NCBI GenBank assembly: GCA_013239625.1
Contig: MU054187.1
Location: 15,578,941-15,642,940 of the forward strand
Reading direction: 5' to 3'
Length of the DNA: 64,000 nt
Source of the DNA: Lama guanicoe
Taxonomy: Eukaryota
Position 1 is the first letter of the stretch. Each line of letters starts with the position of its first letter. The notes below the pieces were generated by a model. That model did not search any database. It had not been told where the DNA came from and saw nothing but the letters and a program-made list of their open reading frames with translations. A program made the translations under genes and the position numbers. Shown in pieces: positions 51,662 through 64,000 of the stretch.

Positions 51662-51695
51662 CAGCATTTCCCCTGATGTCCACTAGATGGCAGGT
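51662..51695 (+). promoter_or_regulatory. CTCF binding motif with possible upstream module
   Basis: Core TGTCCACTAGATGGCAGGT (51677-95); upstream CAGCATTTCC resembles the TGCAGTTCC-type module. Confidence 0.75.
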
Positions 51696-53094
51696 AGAGG
51701 ATTGAGAATACCTTTTAGAAGCTATGTGTCAGCTGTCCATGTTTGCAGCAATAGATGAGAAAACCGATTTGGTTCAAAGTAGGAAATTTTAGAAATTATT
51801 CTCTTTTTATTTCACACCTCCTCCCCCACCCCCGAGTCTCCTGCACATAGCCTTTGGAAAGCAAAAAGGATTGGTAAAACTCGTAAAGGGGTGTAGAGTT
51901 TCTAATAAGGCTTTTATGTTTTATCTACAATTACAGAGTAGAACAACATAGCTCTTGGGAGTTTATTTTCTTTACTGAAAAATTGTAAAACTAAAATCCA
52001 GCAACAAATGTGATTTTGATTAGCTGTGTATTTTCACAAGAACATTTATGATTTTGTTTTTCTTTCTCCTTTGGGTACATACAATCTAAAGTGCTGTCTC
52101 TGAATAACCTAAATTCTTTAATTTTCTCACCATGGAAGATCCTATTGAGCTCTGTTATGCAAGGGGTTGTTGGAGATTACATTATAACTTGGTAACCAAT
52201 TTCCTTTTTTCCCCCTCTTTATGATATGAGATAGTAGAGAAGTAGGGAGCTTTTAAAAAATTTCTTTCTTTTTTTTTGATGGAAGTATTTTTTTTCTGAT
52301 TTGAAATGAGGTAGTAATAATCGAATTTTCTGCTTTGAACGCATGTCTCTCCATTGAGGGGCCAAGGCCCTGGAAATGTAAAGGGCCAATCTTTGTTACA
52401 GAGGGGTTCATTGCAGAAAAGGGTGTGTTCTGCAAAGACAAACAGGCCCCACAGATAGTTGCCAAGGGCACCAAATACATCTTTGCATTACACCTTGAAT
52501 GAGCATGTTCATATCACCTCTTTTTTATTGCATGCACCATAAATGACTGTAAAAGTTTGCAAATCTTGCAGAGACCTTGGCAATCAATACTTCAGCAGGA
52601 AATCTGCAAAGAGAGGAGGTGGGGATAAAAGATCCAGCCTAGCAGTTTGCTTTTTTGGCCTGGGAACCATACGTTGACTTTGAGAATTATTGAAGGCTGA
52701 ATTTTGACAGTGTCTCAGGCAGATGAGTAACATCCGCAGGGCAGTTTCAGTTTAGACGCTTAATCTGAAATCTTGGCTTTACATTGACAAGAGGTAATGG
52801 GGACATGCCTGTGGCCTTACTTACAGAGGCTTACTCTGGGTGCTCCTGATCTGTGACTTGGGCATAAAAGAAAGACTATTTTTTATCTGGTCTAACGTGT
52901 GATGGAGCAGGGCGCCTAGTCCTGGAGGCCTTGCCTGCAGCTTTCCACAGGCGTTTTTAAGCGCCCGACTCCCAAAAAGCCAGGCAGGGGTCTGGACATT
53001 GCTTTTTAGGATCTACACGGTGTTGGTGGTGGTGTGCTGCAGGGGCAATAACCAGCCCTTCCATCGTACTCAATCTGCTCCCTCCACTGATTTC

Positions 53095-53125
<31 letters not shown>

Positions 53126-53164
53126 GGTTTGTTTGTTTTAAATTCAAGGCATTAAAAGTGGGTG

Positions 53165-54200
53165 CCCCGTGAAAAGTCCGACAAATCAAGAAACAGACGA
53201 GGGTACCAAAGTCCGGGATTCGGAGTCAAACAAAATTCGATACTGCCCCATCCTGGAGGGGCAGACCTCGTTGAAGCTACCGCGCAGGGTCAGAGGAGGT
53301 GACAAGGCTCGGCACGCCCGCTTCCAGCGGCGGGAGCCTGCAGCCTTATAGCTCCAGCAGCCCCTCGCTTTGGGCTGCGCTCGGGAGCGGAAGGGCTGTG
53401 CTTGCTCTGAAACAGACGGGGGCTGCCAGGTGGTGAGCCGCGGCCCTGCGCCCGAAGCCTGGGTGGCTTCAGGCAGTTCCTCTTACCCTACCCGCTTCTG
53501 ACAGAGCGCTTCCCCCATCTCAGTCCCGGGGACTGGAATCCCGGCCTTCCTTTTGATGCTTAAAACATTCAATGGAGTCCGGGCGCGGGGGTTGGGTGGG
53601 GGGCGGGCTGAAATTCTGGCAGAGGCGGCTTTACCCACTGTTTCGCTCCCAGGGTCAAACGCAGCCCCATAGCTTGAGGTTGGGGGACGTGCTTAGCACA
53701 GCTCCAGACTTTTAATTTCACCTGAGTCCCCGTGGCCGCTTTCTGCCCGCGGTCCTTTACATGCGAGTGGCTTGGAAAGGTTCACTGGGCTTTAACCAAG
53801 TCCAGAAAGGACCGGCAGGTGGAGAACTACGAGTTTTTTATTTTCCCTCTTTTCCCTCTCTGCGTGTAAACGTGCGTGACGGTGGGCGGTCATCCCTACC
53901 GACTGCGCCCGCCCGGGCGGTGGCCGGCACCAGTGTGGGTGCGCCGGCGGTCGCACCAGGTCAGCCGAGGTGTGGCGCCTGTGCAGGAAGACACCTCCCC
54001 TTCGTGTCCTGTGAAGGGTTTATGGACAGGCGAAGGGCGGGGAGTTGCCCTCGGAAACAGGGTCTCTGGGTGCTGAAATCGGCAAGCCTTTTCCCTCGAG
54101 GTTCCGCGCGCCCGCCAGCGCCCTCCCCACCTCCGGAGCACTCTGCCTGCGGCCAATGCTTTTCAAATTAACAGTATCAGAAGCGCTCCTGGGAAAACCC
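53165..54200. promoter_or_regulatory. CpG island 1 (upstream regulatory or alternative/divergent promoter)
   Basis: Sharp rise in GC and CpG; GC box near 53600, ggccaat at about 54151, minus-strand CTATAA at about 53346-53351. Confidence 0.75.
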
Positions 54201-56094
54201 AGAGTTTTTATCCAGACGATCTGGTGGCGTTGGGAAGGGGGAAAAAAGTGTAAAAACGATTATTAAAGCGGAAAGAAAAAACCCGGGCTAAACGGGACAG
54301 TTAACAGGAAAGTGAAATAAAGGGTTTTCAGACGCCACTTCTGTGTTGAGCTTCAGGTCAAAAGAGCAGATGTGCCATAAATACATATGTGTATAATTTC
54401 CCCCTAAACACTAACTATTGAAGCTGAACTTTATTTCTTCTGAGAACATTTCCCCCCCAAAAAATGATTTAGTTCTCTTCCTTCTCGTTGTTCCAGCCAC
54501 CTCCACCCCCACCCCCGCAACGCATCAGGGGACAACCCTCCATAGAGCACATGTTTCATTTTCAGCATCATAAACCCATGCCATGAAGAATCGTAATAAA
54601 TTAGTTTCAGGAACAATACAACTGATGCTCTAAAGCTTGGTCAGTTAGCATTAGCTGATTTAGTAAAAATTGCCAAACCCGGAGCTGAGCCCACTCCTCA
54701 GACTTTCTTTTATCTCTCAGAGACACTTATTTGTTTACTTATTTAGTCGCCTGAAACCACTCCCTACTTGCTGCGGATGCGGGAGGACCGACAGTGTTAC
54801 TCACACTCTTAAAAGATTTTTCTAAATTGAAACAAATGCAACGCTCCCTTTAGATAATAACTGTCCTTGAGTTTATACTTCCTACTTGAATGTCCTGTCA
54901 TTTCCCTTATTATTAAAATCCTTGCGGCGATAAAAATTCTCTGGCAAAGGATCTACATAATGTGTCAAAATAACTTTGAACACAGAATATGTGATGATCA
55001 CTTCCTGGTAAGTCAGCGATTCTACCACACATCGAGGATCATCCAAAACCGAACGCACTGACATCGCGAATTGTTTGCGGTGAAATAAACTGAAACTGTT
55101 GAACTAAAATATGTCTTCTCTGCAGGGAACAAGAGATGTCAGGGGGCATTAAAGCTTTCGTGAATGGGGATGGACAATTTCTGTCTTCAGAGTTTTCAGC
55201 GTTTTATGGGAACTGTATATTTATATTTTTGCAAATAATAAGACAACCTTCAGTATCCAAGTATCTGGAAATATTTTAAAAGAGAATGCCCATTGGTGAA
55301 CTTTAAACAACACACCTGTGAAAGATTTGCATAATAAATATAACCCGATAATTGTTACTTTTGCCTCAGCTATCTCTCCACAGCTTCCTGGAGCCGAGGT
55401 GGACAGAGGCCACTTTGGTGACACGGTTTGCAGACCACGTGGGCAGTGAGGATCCAAAGAATGTGTTTTGCTCAAGAAGGTCGATTTAAAGAAAATAGTA
55501 TATGATCTCTCCCCTTTGTCTGATTTCTAAAACAACCAACTACTTGTTTTTAAAAGAGCCTTTGAGCATGGGATTCAGAAGGAGGAAACTGAGAAACTGT
55601 AGTAAACCTGATCTAAAAAGAAAAGGAAAAAAAATCTAGCTCTTTGATCTCCCTGGCATTGTTATTACAGTCTTAAAATAACCGCCAACCCCTTGGTCGG
55701 AAAAGAAAAACCATACGGATTAAGTAACAATTTATCTCATGAGGATAATTACTTGTTTGACCTGAAGTCATTCATTCCTGAAACCACGAAATTAAATTGT
55801 TGAGATGTTTTTAAAAGCCACAGCTTCTGGCTATATCTCTCGGTTAACAAAAGCCAGATTCTGATGACCAGCGCATCTCAGACGGGTTTGAGCATCATTT
55901 CCCGAAGTCTAACGTTTGTGACGGCGCCTAGGGTGTGAGAGGGGAAAAGGAAGCTTTCCGTGAGATATGTATGTAAAGAGGTACTAAGTGACTGAAGCCA
56001 CAGGTGGCTGGGTTGGCCAGGACTGGAAAACTAGTCTCCCTCTTCTTCCCAGAACTCCAGTAGAGCAAGGTGGTCACAAGCTTCAGGGCAAGAG

Positions 56095-57310
56095 TTAACC
56101 CTAGCGGCCCAAAGTGCAGTTTAATGAAATGGCTGTGGCTTCCCCTAGTGGTGTGGCCGCAGTGCTACCCCTAGGAAACCATTTAATTCCCTTTAATAAT
56201 AATTGCAGTCCTTTTCTGGATCTCATTGGCGCCGAATTATACCTGCATTCTGGGGTCAGCAGGCTTCCCTGCACTACCGCTTGTCCAAGCGCACTGGCCC
56301 AGGGCTGACACCGCCCTAGGCGAGGCGTGACCCGGGGCGAGGGAGGAGGGACCTCGCTGGGCCGCGGGCCGCAGGCGCCGAACCCGGCGGGGCTTCTCCG
56401 GGTGCAGGAGGCGGAGAGAGAGAACTCTGGCTCCAAATGGCCAAGCCGCCGTGCGCCTCGCCCTGAAGGTGGAAATTCAGGCATGTGGCGTGTGACAGTT
56501 GCCGCCTGGCGGCCTCCAGGAGGCCCTGGAGAGCCCCGCTACGGTCCCCGCAGGCCGGGCTTTGGGACTTGCCGGCCCGCCCGCCGGTCGCCCTGGGGCC
56601 TTGGGAACCGGGAAATGAGCGCGCCGAGGCGGTGGCGGCCTCGCTGCTTTCAGTTTTCATTGAAGCTGCTGGTTACTGTTTAACATCCCCACCCACGTTT
56701 CAGTTTGTTTAGTAAATCGATCGGACTGTGAGAGTCAGGCCGCTGCTTTGTCGCCATTGAGCAAAGCTAATATTCTCCCAGCATATGGTCTAAAGTCTTT
56801 GCTAGGGCTCGGGAAAAAACAAACAAACAAACAAACAACAACAACATCCCTGCGCCTCTGCTCCCCGATCTCCCCGCCCCACCTCCCACCTCCCACCTCC
56901 GCGCTTTCAACCTACTTCCCAGGCTGGGAAAAGTGCGGCGCAGGACCCCGCTGCTGGGGCGGGTGGGGGAACCCGCTGCGGGGAGATGCGGCGGCTGCCG
57001 CGCAGCTGACTGCGACGCGGGAGCTCCGGGAGCGGCTCCGCGCAGGTAAGTTTCTGCGCCCGCGCCCCGCGCCCCGCGCCCGGGGCTGAGCCCGAGTCCG
57101 CCGCCCCCGGCCGGCGTCGGGCGGGAGGAGTCTCTCTTCCCCTCAGGCGGCGGGACGCGGGACGCGGGCCCGGGAGGGGCTGAGCCTTAGGACCCCTAGG
57201 CCAGCGGAGCTTGAAAGCACATACCCCGAGGCCTCCCACCGCCTGCGGTGGAGGGAAGAAGGGAGGGCGGGAGGAGAGGCAGCCTGGGGCATGCGCGAGC
57301 CGGGCTCTCA
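56095..57310. promoter_or_regulatory. CpG island 2, gene promoter
   Basis: Very high CpG density; Sp/KLF boxes ccccgcccc (56872-80) and ggggcggg (about 56956-63); contains a first-exon splice donor. Confidence 0.9.
56940..57045 (+). other. Probable first exon (5' UTR) of an unidentified gene; intron 1 probably runs beyond the window. Start is approximate.
   Basis: Perfect donor CAG|GTAAGT at 57045/57046 in the island core, downstream of GC boxes; the only ATG in this span (56986) stops after 7 codons. Confidence 0.75.
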
Positions 57311-58639
57311 GGAAAAGTGAAATACAAGGTGGACTTGTTTGGCAGAGAAAGTTTTGGCGTCTTCTGTTGGCGGGTCACATGGTTCCCAGGTCTCTGGGGG
57401 CTTCGGTGGAGTTTTTTTGTGGTCTGGGGCAAGGCTGGGGCATTGGGATATCTCCGGATGGACTGTGGAGGTTTGTGGGGAGGTGCTTGGTCCTGGAGCA
57501 TCACCCCAAGGCCTTTGCTCCGGTCTCAGTTTCTGCTCCTGCTATCTTAGACACATTTTGGGAGTGGGCTTATTCCTTTGATGCTGGGGTAAGGTTATAT
57601 GAGAAATATATGCACGTATCTGTCTATCCATATTTATATGCATATATATGTACGTATATATATAATTCTATTTAAACCACTTTAGCTTCCTTTAAGAAGA
57701 CATATCCTTTGGAAGCTTGTTTAAACAATGTGCCCAGTTAAGCAATAATCATTCCATGTCTAACGGGAATAAGCCAGCAGGTGAGAAGATCTTTGCATTA
57801 AATATAATGGACTTCATCCCTGATGTGCTGTGCTTCTAAGACGTGCTCAAAACAGAATTAAAGGACCCCTCTCCAACATGCAAACAGTCTTCAGACAGCT
57901 TTCATTTGAGGGCAGAAGACAAAAGCTGGAGAGTACAGGATACAGAGGCCCTAAACTTCTTGGGATGTCCTGAAAACTAAATACCTCATGAACAGTAGCA
58001 TTTCCTGTATTTGTTTTGCTACTTTCTCCCACTTTTCCATTCATTTTACATGTATCTTCTCTCGCTTCACAAGCATTTATTATTACAATATTCTTCCCTT
58101 CTGGCTATTACCATTTTTTCCACAGTAAACTTGCTGTCCCCACCCTCTGACCACACTTCCCTCTATTTTCACCTTTTGTGCACTCTATCAGTCAGGTCAC
58201 CTGATCTATTTATTGTGTGTTTGAAGTCAGTGGCCTAGTAGGGTTGGGCTTCTCTCTGGTACCATTTGGGGGAGGGTGTGGAGGAGAGGAAGGTGGCCAG
58301 TGGTGTTAAAATACTCATTTTTCACTTTTCAAAGTGGAGTGGAGATTGAGAACTGTTTGTTTCTTCTTCCCATTCCTCCTAAGCTCCATTTGTAGGCCTA
58401 CAAATAGGGAATGTTTCTCAACATGCTTTGTGAAGGTAGTACAACTTTTTAACTATAGTATGTCTATTAAGATCTCAAAAGCATTTTATTCTGTAGCATG
58501 TTATTCTGTATATAAGCATATGGAGCAATGGAAATTAGGGGGATTGCTAAGGTTTTTAAAAATACAAATAATAACTTTATTTTTGAGTTCCCCATTTCTT
58601 TTGAAATTCTTGCTATTTCTATGAATTCTAAAAGCACTA

Positions 58640-59100
58640 CTTGCTTATACAGCAACATGAAAATTATAACAAAATATAAACTGAACCCTCTTGTCTATTC
58701 CACTCTATATATGTAACCTCCACTGATGATTGGATTTGTGTCCCTTCATGTATATAATCACCAGAATTTTTCTTTCATTTCAAAAAAATTGGATAATGGT
58801 TCATAAACCAGTGTTCTGAAATTTAGTTTTCATTTAATATTTCTCAAATATTTCTGTCAGTATTTGAAGATTCTTTTTTAAATGTATCTACCCAATGTAA
58901 CCAAGTGATACTCCCCAGAATATTCATTTGGACTTTCCAGTTTCTTACTGTTACAAACAGTGATGTAGTGAATATCTGTGGATGTTATCTCTACAAGGGT
59001 GCTGCAGAAGATTTATTCTGAGAAAAGAATTGTTGGTTCCAAGGGGATGTTCATTTTAAATTTGATAGATATTGCAAACACCCTTTCTTTGTACTCACCG
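58640..59100 (-). mobile_element. Very old L1 (L1ME-like) fragment
   Basis: ttccagtttcttactgttacaaacagtgatgtagtgaatatc...ttttaaatttgatagatattgcaaa. Confidence 0.65.
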
Positions 59101-59749
59101 TATATTTACCACACTGTTGCCAACACTGGATAATAATGATGTGTTTAAAATGCTGCGAATCTGGTTGTGGAAAAATGGATTCTTCGTTGGAGTTGGGTAT
59201 TTCGAAAATATATAAGCCAGTCCTGTAACATCTGACATGGAAGTGTGAGAATTCTGCTTTGAAAATGTAGTGATAAAGTGGAAAGGGGATTAAATGCATC
59301 TCAAAATACCACCTTGTTTTGAGTTTGTAAAAGATGCCACTATATTAGTTACTATCTACTCATTTACTGAGTGGCTGGAGATACTGGGACATGATAAGTG
59401 AGAATTTCTGTGTTGAAAGCACGTGACTCTGGTGTGCCAAGTTGTTGCTGTTGTGATTTTGTGGCTCTTGACTTATGTGTTTACCACCCTCGTAAAAGAA
59501 GATTCACATCCCCGGGAGTGAAAGCACAGTTTTAAATGAAGTATAACTATTTTGGGGTCTTTAAGAAGCTATAGATGCAAACCAAACAGCTGAGTGTACA
59601 ATGATACATCCTTGGGGAGCCACTGCTCTCCGCCCTCCCCATAGGAACTTTCCCCTATTGGTATTAGTCAGCTCACACATAGACACAAGGAATGCTTCAC
59701 AGATGGCTTACTCTTACAGGTGGGAGAGCTATTTAGGAATATTAACTGT

Positions 59750-61150
59750 ATATATTTTAGCTAATATTTACTGAATCCTTATACACAGCTTATACTAATA
59801 TTTCCCCCATTTTCACATGGGAAAAATGAAGAAGAGAGAAATTTAAAACCTTGAAGGGTCACACATCTACAGGGAATAAAACTAGGGATTCAAATCCAGG
59901 CACTCTGGCTCTACCCTCTGTGAAGGTAACCACGGCATCTCCACATGGTCCTTGGTTGTTCACATACAGTGGTGCCCAACTGAGAGGGAAGTGAGGACTG
60001 AAACGTTAATCGGACCCCATAGACCAAGACTGTCCCCTTGTCCTTGATTGAGTATTTCTGGGAGAAGGCACTTTTCTAGGTCACAAGATGTCTATAAGGG
60101 CTAGCAGCAACCCTGCTCCTGGTGTATCAGGAGCTCCATGCACACGTATTTGCATGCTTATGTAGGTACCTTTGGAACTCAGTCCTATGTTGCTCACTCA
60201 TTATGGGTACCCCTTAAATAGGACAAATCTCCCTTAATACTCATACTTCCCACCTTGTGTTTAATACAGGAGGAGACAGTATGCTCTCTATAATGTTGTG
60301 TTATCCTGAAAACTTTGGCTTTATCAAGATGATTTTCTGGAAAATGCATGGGGAATTTATTATTTTTTTCTTTTTCCGTAATTCTCTTAACATTTTGGGG
60401 GACACGAAGATCTTTGAAGATGACCATCTCATAGGATATAAGACAGGAGAGAAGGCTTTGTTGTGACATAGGGACGTTTATATCCCTGCCCAGCTATTTA
60501 CTTAAACAGGGGCAGAGGCTGGGGCACTCGGGCAAGTTAATCCCTTTGAGGCCAAATTTCCTCAGTTCTGAAGTATAGGTGATTATAATAGCTATCTCGT
60601 AGAGTTGGTATGATAACTATGTATGTGAATCCATGAAAACATTTAGAACAATGCCTGGCATATACTGAGGACCCAACATGCATTCTTTATTGCTTTTTGT
60701 TGTTGTGATAGAATGAGATAATTCGTCAAAAATATTGCTTGATTTAAAGTTGTTAATAAGTGTCACCTGTTTTTATTGACCCTTTCCCTAGAAAAATTAT
60801 ATTTACATACACAAATTGTATGCCTTCAAGAGTTCATGGACCCCTAGAGACCTGGCCAAGCCCTCTAATAGCCCTCGGGGGTCAGTAATGAATAAGAGGG
60901 ACAGAGTCCCTGACTTCACGAAGCTTTTAGCTAAGAAGTGTAGACAAGGATTGTCCTGGAGTAGGTTCAGTGGTTAGAACACAGACTTAGGAATCATTAA
61001 AACCTGTGTGCAAATCTCACTTCTGCCCTCTGCCAGCTGTGTATCCCTGTGCGGTATTTAACATTTCTGTGCCTCAGTTTAAAATTTTTAAAGTGAAAAT
61101 AACAGTCATTACTCTTAAAGTATATGTGGATTAATTGTATTATTTAAGCC
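59750..61150. mobile_element. Three MIR fragments (about 59750-59920 minus, 60480-60700 plus, 60960-61150 plus)
   Basis: ccccattttcacatgggaaaaatgaag...gggattcaaatccagg; ttagaacaatgcctggcata; tttctgtgcctcagttt. Confidence 0.75.
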
Positions 61151-61539
61151 AAGCATTTTATCTGTTCAAATGTTTGACATTTTCTCTGTACTCTCTTTCA
61201 GTATAGAAGAATCACATTTTTATATGACAGCAAAAGGTTGACATAGACACCTGGGTAGTGTGTTCCCGTCTCATTTACCAGTATCTGCTGATAACATCTC
61301 CTGGGCCTTGTGATTCAGTGCTTTTTAATATTTTGAGTCTTTGAGTGTTGGTCCTCTAGGCTTGTGTACTTGCCTTGTACTTTGCTTCTGCTCTTGCTTT
61401 GCTGATGATTATGGAATCTGTCCTAGTATTTATTTTTCTTTTGCATTTTCTTGTTTCAGACACCCTGGCTATAGATTGCAAGTACTGTATATTAATTTAG
61501 AAGGTCTATATATTAATGTAGAAGGAATTAAATTATATG

Positions 61540-63125
61540 CACTGCACTAGGAACCTAGAATACAGGTATAAATAAATGTCCCCACCCTTAAACACAAATA
61601 ATCTACTCAGAAGACAAACACATATAACCGTCTATAACATACAGTGATAACTATTGCATTAGTACAATAGGTAGAAATACTGTGGAAAACGGAAGCACAA
61701 AGGATACATTTAGCTTGAGTAGCCCAGAGAGATTTCACGGAGGAATTAATGATTTTCTGATTAGAACTTGCTGAATAGAGAAGAACCAGCAAGGGATGTG
61801 AGGCAGAGGAGATTACATTTGGAACAGCAAGAGATGAAGCGGGGAAGAAGCACGGAGCCAGATTCTGATAGTCCTGAATGTGGGTGACAAAGATTTGAGC
61901 TATGTCCTCTAGGCCATAGAGAGTCATCAAAGGTCTCTAGTAGGTTGGGCTATGAAAGCTTTCTCTCTTTTTTCCCTTAAAATTGGCAGCATTTTGGAGG
62001 ACAGATCAAAGAGGGACAGATAAGAGACAGGGGGATAGCAGGACGCTTTCCTAAGGGCCCAGTGGCAATGGAGATGTGAAGAGGGTAAGGTAGAACCCAG
62101 GGATGCTTTGAAGTTCTTTAAACTGAATTTAAGAACTATAGAATGAGGAAGATGAGGGAACGGGAGGGATTGAGGCTGACCTCGGATCTTTAAGGTGGTA
62201 CAGGACACTTTGATTTGATTGTGGTCATTATGGATTTATAGGTTTTCAACTGTTCTATCCTACAAGTTGTTCACGTTTTAAAACTTAGTTTGTACGGCAA
62301 AACTATACCTTATTTGGCCATTTGAGACAGGTTGTTAAGTGCTTACGAAGAGGATTGTTTCTCTAGTTTCGGCTAATTTTCAGCGAAGTAATTGCTATTT
62401 TTAATCTGAATTTTTGCACCAACTGGTCTCCTTTCCTAGTCTTACCCCCAGTCAGTTCCCGTGACAGCAGAGTGATATAGAGAGGTCAAATCTGATCATT
62501 GTCTTTTTTCTTCCATTTAAAACCATTCGTTCACTTCATGCCCTTTTTGTGAAGTCCACGTGTGTTCACATCACTAGACCCTATGTGACTTGGTCTGTGT
62601 TTTCTTCTCCAAGACTTTTCTTGACATCCCTTGCTTTGGTCTTTAGCTGGAATAAATCTCTTTTAGTTCCTCAAATGCACCATGCTCTGCACCTTCAAAA
62701 GTGCTGTTTCTGTTTGGAAAACTCTTAGGCATTCTTACCACTCAGTTCAAGCCAACTTCCACTTATCTTGCAGGTCTTGTTCAAATACCACGTTTCCTGA
62801 CCTCCTGACTCAATATTACCAATTTAATTGTATCCTGTTCTTTTCCTGTCAGGATACTTACCAACTTCATCACACATTGTGGTTACACATTTGATGATAA
62901 TTCTCTTAGGCTTCAGTGTTAACGTCTCTGAGGGTAAGAAATGCGTTATTCTTTCTGAGGGGGAGGTAATCAGGTTTCTTCATTGATTTCCTCTTTAAGA
63001 AGTTATCAGGAATTGAACTCGGATCCTCTTGGGTGCTTAGAAGAAATGTGTTATTCTTGCCCACTTCGTTAGTTGGGCATTTAGTTGAGGCTTAATGAGC
63101 ATGTGTTCACTGAGTAAATGAGTAG
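61540..63125. mobile_element. L2 fragments (about 61540-62200 minus; about 62420-63125 plus, interrupted by a SINE)
   Basis: gatttcacggaggaattaatg...gaacagcaagagatgaag; tcaaatctgatcattgtc...; ends tgttcactgagtaaatgag. Confidence 0.65.
62954..63040 (-). mobile_element. 5'-truncated vic-1-type tRNA SINE
   Basis: gggggaggtaatcaggttt tail plus B-box remnant (aattgaactcggatcctc...tgcttag); 18-bp TSD aagaaatgYgttattctt (62936-53, 63041-58). Confidence 0.8.
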
Positions 63126-63429
63126 CTGTAATGGAGAAGGAAGGTGAAATACTGATAATAGAATTAAAACATTTGTTGGGAACCTAATTTTCAAACACTG
63201 CGCTCTGTCCTGGGGATTAAGCAATGACTAGAAACAATTCTCTCCTAAGGTTTTCATGTCTAGTTTAGGGATATGCATTAAAGAATTATTACTCACTATA
63301 ATAAGGGCAGACATTGAATACTGGAAAAGGATTACAGAAACCTAGCAGAAGACCCACTAACTTCTCCTGGAGTAGGTTACACAAAAGATGGCACATGAAT
63401 TTTTTAAGTCAAGAGGGGTATAATTTCTT

Positions 63430-64000
63430 GATATTGAGATATAATTACATTGAGATAAGTATACTGAGATCTAATTTACATTCAGTAAAATCCATCCTTT
63501 TTAACCATACACTTCAATGAGTTTTGACAAATGGATGCAGCTGCAATCACCACCAACCACAATGAGGATATAGAACATCCCTGCACACCCCCTCCCCCCA
63601 ATTCCCTTTTGTCCTTTTGCCGTCAGCCCCCTCCAGCTCTCCCCAGCAACCACCAATGTGATTTCTGTCCCTAGGGTTGCCTTTGCTAGAACAATACATA
63701 AATAGAATCATATAGTATGTAGCTTTTCGTGTCTTGCTTTTTGTCATTTAACATAATAATTTTGAGATTCATCCATCTTGTTGTATCAGTAGATTATTCT
63801 TTTTGAAAGAAACAGAGATTTATGAGGTATAATGACATACAATAAACTACACATATTTAAAGTGCACAATTTTGAAAGTTTTGACATTTGTAATATACCC
63901 ATGAAACAATCACCACGACAAAGATAGCGAATATAGCCAACACCCCCAAAGGTTTCTTCAAGCTTCTTTATAAACCTTTCCTCCTGTTCCTCCCTTGTTC
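63430..64000 (-). mobile_element. L1MB/ME-type 3' fragments (two adjacent)
   Basis: aatgagttttgacaaatgg...caaccaccaatgtgatttctgtccctagg...aatcatatagtatgtagc; second fragment begins at about 63810. Confidence 0.85.

Noticed and set aside
56940..57051. Assigning a gene symbol to the promoter
   Set aside because: No coding exon in the window, and I do not recognise the 5' UTR with confidence.
53761..57675. Many Pro/Arg/Gly/Ala-rich ORFs on both strands
   Set aside because: Expected scarcity of stop codons in CpG islands; no recognisable protein.

Overview
Mammalian, AT-rich, repeat-dense genomic DNA, very probably camelid (alpaca/llama/camel). This rests on tRNA-Ala-derived vic-1-type SINEs and a camelid-style young L1 3' end, with no Alu, Bov-tA, PRE-1 or Can-SINE seen. 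I find no convincing intact protein-coding sequence. The ORF track is chance ORFs, microsatellite translations or decayed L1 ORF1/ORF2 remnants. About 1-52 kb is intergenic or intronic, with L1, L2, MIR, LTR and Tigger/Charlie elements and a large compound microsatellite. Two CpG islands lie at about 53.2-54.2 and 56.1-57.3 kb. The second carries a + strand first exon, apparently non-coding, ending in a perfect CAG|GTAAGT donor at 57045/57046; I cannot name the gene. The most notable non-repeat signals are two strong, divergently oriented CTCF motifs (34.3 kb minus, 51.7 kb plus), a possible divergent minus-strand transcript, and several speculative orphan exons. There are also young micro-retroinsertions with clean target-site duplications (TSDs). 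I see no solid evidence for a new biological system. Repeat family names come from recognition of consensus sequences, not from a search, and boundaries of old repeats are approximate.
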